The notes beneath the pieces were generated by a model. It worked only from the letters and a program-made list of their open reading frames with translations. It made no database searches and was not told the origin of the DNA. Of a stretch of DNA of 62,000 nucleotides, positions 56,030-62,000 are shown piece by piece (positions within the stretch are counted from its first letter, which is position 1; every line of letters begins with the position of its first letter). Source of the stretch: Octopus vulgaris (lineage: Eukaryota); assembly GCA_951406725.2 (NCBI GenBank), contig OX597815.1, positions 35,484,001 to 35,546,000 of the forward strand. The letters run 5' to 3'. Position numbers and translations under genes: made by a program.

Positions 56030-57772
56030 TATCAGGTCATCCCATAAATAATGTCTGAATTTTGGTAAGGAAAAAGTGATTTAATTCCATTGGTGAAAAA
56101 CTTCTTTGGTTTTGATGAGAGAAAAGAAAGAGAGGTCAGTTTTAACCTGTTTGGGGCTTTTGAGAGCTAATCCATCTAAATGATCTTGCTTTATCATAAA
56201 ACATAACTCCCTTATGATTTGCCAAAACCAGCCTTTTTTACTTCAAAGCAACATCCAAACACTCTGTTGGCAAAAGGTGTGAGCAATAATAGTTGCATTA
56301 GCTGGTAGCTGCTCAAAGTGGATGACTCCAATGCAATTCCACCAAATAGAAAGAACCATTTTTGCATGGAGGCCCTTTTGGGATTGTGGTTTAGGTTGTT
56401 CTCCACACCTAAGCTACTGTTTGCATCACTTAACATTTTCATAAAAAATCCATTTTTCATTATCAGTCACTAATTTGTCCAAAAATGGTGAGATACATTC
56501 TTGGTTGGCTTCTGTCAAATAATGAACAACCCATTTTCCAAGCTGTTGAAGATGGCAGTGAACAGTTGAATGGCTTGAATTGAGCTTGCTTGCCAATTCT
56601 TCAACTGATACAGCATTATCCATTTCAAGCTGTGATAAAAGCTCATCATCAAATTCAACTGGGGACCCTATTCATGGCCTCTCTCTTAGGTTGAAATCAC
56701 CATTTTTGAACTTTGGAAATCATTTTCTGCAACTTATTTTGTTCAAGCACTCTTCCTATAAACAGAATGGATATTTCAGGTTGCTTCTGCTGCACAGTTT
56801 CCCTTTTTAAACTCATGAATACTCCTTCAATACATCCATCTTTGAGGGGTTAATATTAGTAATTAATTCAATTTCATTATTCTGTAAAAAGAAATTATAA
56901 TAAGTTTAAGGTTTCCAAATTCACATGAGTATATATCATTTGACATTTTAGAATACTGAAAAATTTGATAGAAAGTACATATATTTCTGATGTGTTGCGA
57001 ATGAATGAGGACAGCTATGTGAAAAAGTGTCACACACTAGCAGTTGAGGGAACCTGTGGAAGAAGTAGACCCAGGAAAACCTGAGATGAGGTGAAGCACA
57101 ACCATCGAAAATTGGGCCTTACCAAAGCAATGACAAGTGACTGAGACCTTTGGAGATATGCTGTGCTTGAGAAGGCCCAACAAGCCAAGTGAGCCCATGG
57201 CCTATACCAGTGGGTGTAACCAGCCCTCTTATGAGTACCCCTCATTTATTGGACAATAAAATTTGCTTGCAAAGACCTACTGAGGCAAGTGAAGTCAAAA
57301 TCGCTGACATGGCCAATAACAGTACCGCCTGATTGGCACTTGTGGCAGTGGAACATTAAAAACATATCTAAGCGAGATTGTTGCCGGTGGCATGTAAAAA
57401 GCACCATTCAAGCATGATCGTTGCCAGCATAGTCTTACTGGCATGTGAAATACAACATTCAAGCGTGGTCATTGCCAGTGCCGCCGGACTGGCTCCCATT
57501 CAGGTAGCACATAAAAAACACCTTTTGAACGTGGTCATTGTCAGAACTGCCTGACTGGCCCTCTTGCTGGGGGGCACATAAAAGCACCCACTACACTCTC
57601 GGAGTGGTTGGCATTAGGAAGGGCATCGAGCTGTAGAAACTTTGCCAGATCAGATTGAGCCTGGTGCAGCCTTCTGGCTCACCAGCCCTCAGTCAAACCG
57701 TCCAACCTATGCCAGCATGGAAAGAGGACGTTAAACAACGATGATGATGATTATTTATAGGATGACTTCATA
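56030..57772 (-). mobile_element. Internally deleted mariner transposon with a nested RTE-like 3' end
   Basis: Transposase fragments read HEFKKGNCAAEAT*NI, WVVHYL (WVPHEL-like) and FLDKLVTDNEKWIFYEN. Inverted termini are tatcaggtcatcccataaataa (56030) and ttatttataggatgacttcata (57751-57772), with TA ends. Confidence 0.82.
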
Positions 57773-59149
57773 ATAACCATGAATATCAATTTGGACAATC
57801 AACTCAATTATCACAAGAATGATAGTTGTTCCTTCTCGAGCCACGCCTGGCTCATAGGGCCAGTTTCCTTGGCGTATAGGTTCCCCATCTGGACGGGACG
57901 CCAGTCCATCGCAGGTGAGCTGCAAGATGCAGGCGGAAAGAGTCAGCAGAAGTTCACCATTACCTTCTGCTGGAGCCACGTGGAGCTTAGGTGTTTCACT
58001 CATAAACATACACATCGCCCAGTCTGTGTTTCACTAATTAAATTTACAGGGACAATAAACACATCCTGAAAACCATGGTTCAGTCACATCTGAAAATCAC
58101 ACTCAGCCAAAGTGTTTGGTTTTGTGGAATAGCTGGACATGCAGCTATTCATATGGGTTGGAAATAACAGAAATAGGCAATGTGGTATTATAAGATGTAA
58201 GGTAACTTAAGTGTTCTTAGACTTTATCATAAGGAGATGGCATCCCAACACAAAGTGTCACCCAAGAATAAAAATTGATGCTAATCTTTTAATATTTTAC
58301 TGTGAAATGTTTACCTGGATCAGATAGGAAAGATTATATTACTGATGTATTTTGGGAGGATTTATATTATGTGACAAAAAACTAGTTTTCACTTGATGGT
58401 TGAGTGGTCGGTGTTCAGAAACCATTTGTAAAAATTTACTCAACTTTCATTTATTATCAATCTTTGTAATCTTTATTATGTGATAGCCAAGTCATTGAAG
58501 TATTAGACAATTTTTTGTGGTATTTAGTAATAGCCCTTTATATTCTAAGTTCAAATCCTGCCACTTTACCATTCATCCTTTTGGAGTTGATAAAATAAAA
58601 TATCAGTCAAGTGAGTGCAAGAGTCAATTTCATCAACCCCTAATCCACCAAAATGGTGGTCTTCTGCATATCTAAGAAACAGTTGACAGCCTAGTTCCCA
58701 CTGCAGTACCTGTTAAGGAGCTAAAGAAAAAGGTTTATACCTAGTATAGTCAAGAGTTCAATATTGCAAAAACTAAAGTCGTAGTTAGTAACAGAGAGCA
58801 GAAGATGTCATTGTCATCTGGGAAGTGACCTTGCTTAATATGAAGGAAAAGATTTGGTAGAGAGTCAAATCTGTGTACCTACTGCAAATACACATAAAAG
58901 ATGAAATGGGATTTCTTGGTAGTGAGCACACCCATGAAACAAAATATACGAATTACTCAGATGGCTCACTAGATGGAGATGATAGATTTTAATACCTAAT
59001 CAAACTATGAAGCTTACGCAACAAGTGTACTGCTGCTCATAAAACATGGACATTAGATCTGCAAAAACAGGCGTGTATGGTTCAGTGAATAGCACAAATG
59101 AGCTGAGTGAGCAGACTCATATTGAACAGTATTTATTAATATATGCAAG

Positions 59150-60356
59150 ATGATTTTGAACATCTAGAAGTGGTTGATAACTTCCGTTACCTAGGTGACC
59201 AAGTCAGTAGCGGAGGAGGGTGCGCTGAAAGTGTAGCTGCTAGAATAAGAATAGCTTGGGCAAAGTTCAGAGAGCTCTTACCTCTGCTGGTGACAAAGGG
59301 CCTCTTGCTCAGAGTAAAAGGTAGACTGTATGACGCTTGTGTACGAGCAGCCATGCTACACGGCAATGAAACATGGGCTGTGATTGCTGAGGACAAGCGT
59401 AAGCTCGCAAGGAATGAAGCCAGTGGATGTGTAATGTCAGTGTGCATACTTGAGAGAAAAGTTGGACCTAAGAAGCATTAGATGTGGTGTGCAAGAGAAA
59501 CGACTGCGCTGGTATGGTCATGTGGTAAGAATGGATGAGCATAGCTGTGTGAAAAAGTGCCACACCCTAGCGGTTGAGGGAACCTGTGGAAGAGGTAGAC
59601 CCAGGATGAAGTGGTGAAGCATGACCTTCAAACATTAGGCCTCACCAAGGAAATGACTAGCGATTGAGACTTTTGGAAATATGCTGTACTTGAGAAGACC
59701 CGGCAAGCCAAATGAGATCATAACCTGTGGCCTATACCAGGAGTGTAACCAGCCCACTTATGCGTACCTTTTCCTTCTTTGGTCACTAAACTCTGCTTGC
59801 GAAGACCTGTTGAGGCAAGTGAAATCAAAATCAATTCGATGACTGGCATCCGTGCTAGCGGGGTGCAAAGAGCACCATACGAGTGTGATCATTGACAGAG
59901 CGGCTAACCGGCTTCCGTGCCAGTGGCACATAAAAGGGCACCATTCAAGTATGATCGTTACCAGCGTTGCCTTACTGGCACTTGTGCCAGTAGGGTGCCA
60001 AGAGCACCATCTGAGCATGATCATTGCCAGAGCAGCCAACTGGCTTCCATACCCGTGGCACGTAAAAGGGCACCATTCGAGCGTGATCATTACCAACATC
60101 AGTTCACTGGCACGTGTAAAAAGATTCAAGCGAGGTCATTGTTAGTACCGCCTGACTGGCCCCCATGCCGGTAGCACGTAAAAAGCACCCACAACACTCT
60201 CGGAGTGGTTGGTGTTAAGAAGCGCATCCAGGTGTAGAAATTCTGCCAGATCAAGATTGGAGCCTGGTGCAGCCATCTGGTTCGCCAGCCCTCAATCAAA
60301 ATCGTCCAACCCATGCTAGCATGGAAAGCAGACGTTAAACGATGATGATGATGATG
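59150..60356 (+). mobile_element. RTE-like LINE 3' portion with a long modular 3' UTR
   Basis: Translates LEVVDNFRYLGDQVSSGGGCAESVAARIRIAWAKFRELLPLL, then a 3' UTR of ggtggcacgtaaaaagcacc modules and a (GAT)n tail. Confidence 0.88.
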
Positions 60357-61614
60357 AGAAATGTTATGTGAATGGACAATGAGTGTAAAAATTTCTATGT
60401 ACTGTCAATGGTAGTTACTCAGGCAAAAAGTAACCTAGTAAGACAGGATAAATGTGTGAAATTCAGATCTAAGAATAAGGGACGGGGACTAATGATCGTG
60501 ATATGCATCATATATATTGTGTAACAAACTTACCAACCAATGCCAGGATGGAAAAAAAAAAATGAATGAATTACCATCAAAATTACAATAAATTGTTCCT
60601 ATCTTAAGCCTGTACTATGTTGACATCCACTTGGAACAAATTCATTTCACTTCTGTCCCTAATATATATGAGAAAAATGTCACAGTATCAGAACACTATA
60701 TTCTTTCTCTGTAGGTTTAAGCTTTAGTGGTTAACTAAGAAACTAGAGAAGGGATGGCAAATGTCATTGTGTAGACAATTTACATACAATGTGAAGTTAA
60801 TACTCTTAGTTAAGAGAGAAACAGAACACAGAAGTTGTGGATGTTCTAAAGTGGAAGACAGGTATAAAATAATAGAGCAAATAATAAAACAGGTTAAGAA
60901 TACAGAGAAATGGGTATACCGATACAAGTGTACAGCTCTTTGAGTTTGCTTCCTCGTAACTTTAAAAAAAAATGTTTTCTTTGTTTGTTTTTTAAGAATA
61001 GCAAAAGTTATAATCATAATCTGAAACTGTCTTCTTATTTTTTTTATAATCATAATATCCTAGCAATAATATCAAATTAACAATCTGTGAGGGTTAAAAT
61101 TACGAAAATGTATATTGATGACAGGTTGGATACAAATTTTGAATCTATATGAAATTTTAACCTTGGTAAAAAGGGATTTGTTGCGAACTCTTAAAAAATT
61201 TCTAAGCATCCTTTTTATCGTTGGGTAAGATTTTATCGAAAAATCTCAATACTGACTAGTAATAAAAATTTCGGTGTCGAGAGTGTAGATTCTTTGCACC
61301 TGAAAAAGAGTCTTCGAATCAGCATACCGTTTTACTGAAATTGAACGATATCAATTCTACAGGAGAAATAATAACATACACATGATGCATGTAGTTTGAG
61401 TAAAAAAATTTTAATCCAACTACAAGGAATAGTGGAGATGAAATATAAAACTAGATATAATACAGTAATACAATAGTAACTCTGTCAGCATAAGGAATAT
61501 AAGCTCTTATCAACAAAAAGGGCAACAGAATTACTCAGAAACAAACAGTTCACCCGAAGACTAAAATGTCCTTCGATCATTTCTGAAGAACAGCTTATAG
61601 TTAACTTCAGATTT

Positions 61615-62000
61615 TTAGAATCCTTTAGATAAAAGGAACTTACATACGTCATCACAATAATCTCCTCTCACCCTTATAAAACTTGATACTTCATGGACTT
61701 GGGTATATATGTCTTTTGTACTTCTCTCTTGCAAATATGTCCTTAAATCTGACTCGAGTTTCCAGATATTCCCATCGATTTTACAAATTTTGGTGAGGAT
61801 GCGAGACCCGTGGAACTTTACTTCCAGATATAAAGGCAACATATGATTTTTGGTTCGTTTCACGAAATAAGGATGTTTTGAGCCATTCTCATTAGGCGGT
61901 ATCCATCCTGATGGTGTTGGAACCCCTGTTACCGATTCGGCTGGTGGTGGAGGGACAATCTCCTTCGGCAAAAGCCTCTCAACGTATTTAAAATCTTCTT
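61615..62000 (-). CDS. MRPL49: Mitochondrial ribosomal protein L49 (mL49), C-terminal part; the gene runs off the window edge
   Basis: The frame is open from the window end: EDFKYVERLLPKEIVPPPP...PTPSGWIPP...PYFVKRTKNHMLPLY...KIDGNIWKLESDL...QVHEVSSFIRVRG...FLLSKGF*. This matches the mL49 motifs VERLLP, PTPSGW.PP, PYFV.R, K.EG.IW and KGF-stop. Confidence 0.93.
   Translation of the reverse strand, partial: EDFKYVERLLPKEIVPPPPAESVTGVPTPSGWIPPNENGSKHPYFVKRTKNHMLPLYLEVKFHGSRILTKICKIDGNIWKLESDLRTYLQERSTKDIYTQVHEVSSFIRVRGDYCDDVCKFLLSKGF

Overview
This is AT-rich, repeat-dense animal genomic DNA. The SINE and LINE families and the microsatellite load suggest an octopus-like cephalopod (inference). 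No prokaryotic features, CRISPR arrays, rRNA genes or true tRNA genes were seen. Two genes are well supported. A complete 7-exon mitochondrial tryptophanyl-tRNA synthetase (WARS2, + strand, 40672-54763, 384 aa, with HIGH-like HLGN and KMSKS motifs) converges on the C-terminal coding part of MRPL49 (- strand, 61615 to the window edge). A few candidate exons of an unidentified gene lie at 1.7-7.4 kb. The rest is microsatellites, tRNA-derived SINEs, decayed LINEs (RTE, CR1/Jockey-like, R4/Dong-like), pogo/Tigger and mariner fossils, MITEs and a Helitron-like element. The most notable non-coding signals are: a type I hammerhead ribozyme inside a 55-bp inverted-repeat element embedded in (TA)n; a second minimal hammerhead motif; a pre-miRNA-like hairpin; a flipped double fold-back in WARS2 intron 2; and a 9-fold tandem array of a SINE head. 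Almost all ORFs in the supplied track are microsatellite or repeat artefacts. All family assignments come from motifs read by eye, not from database searches.
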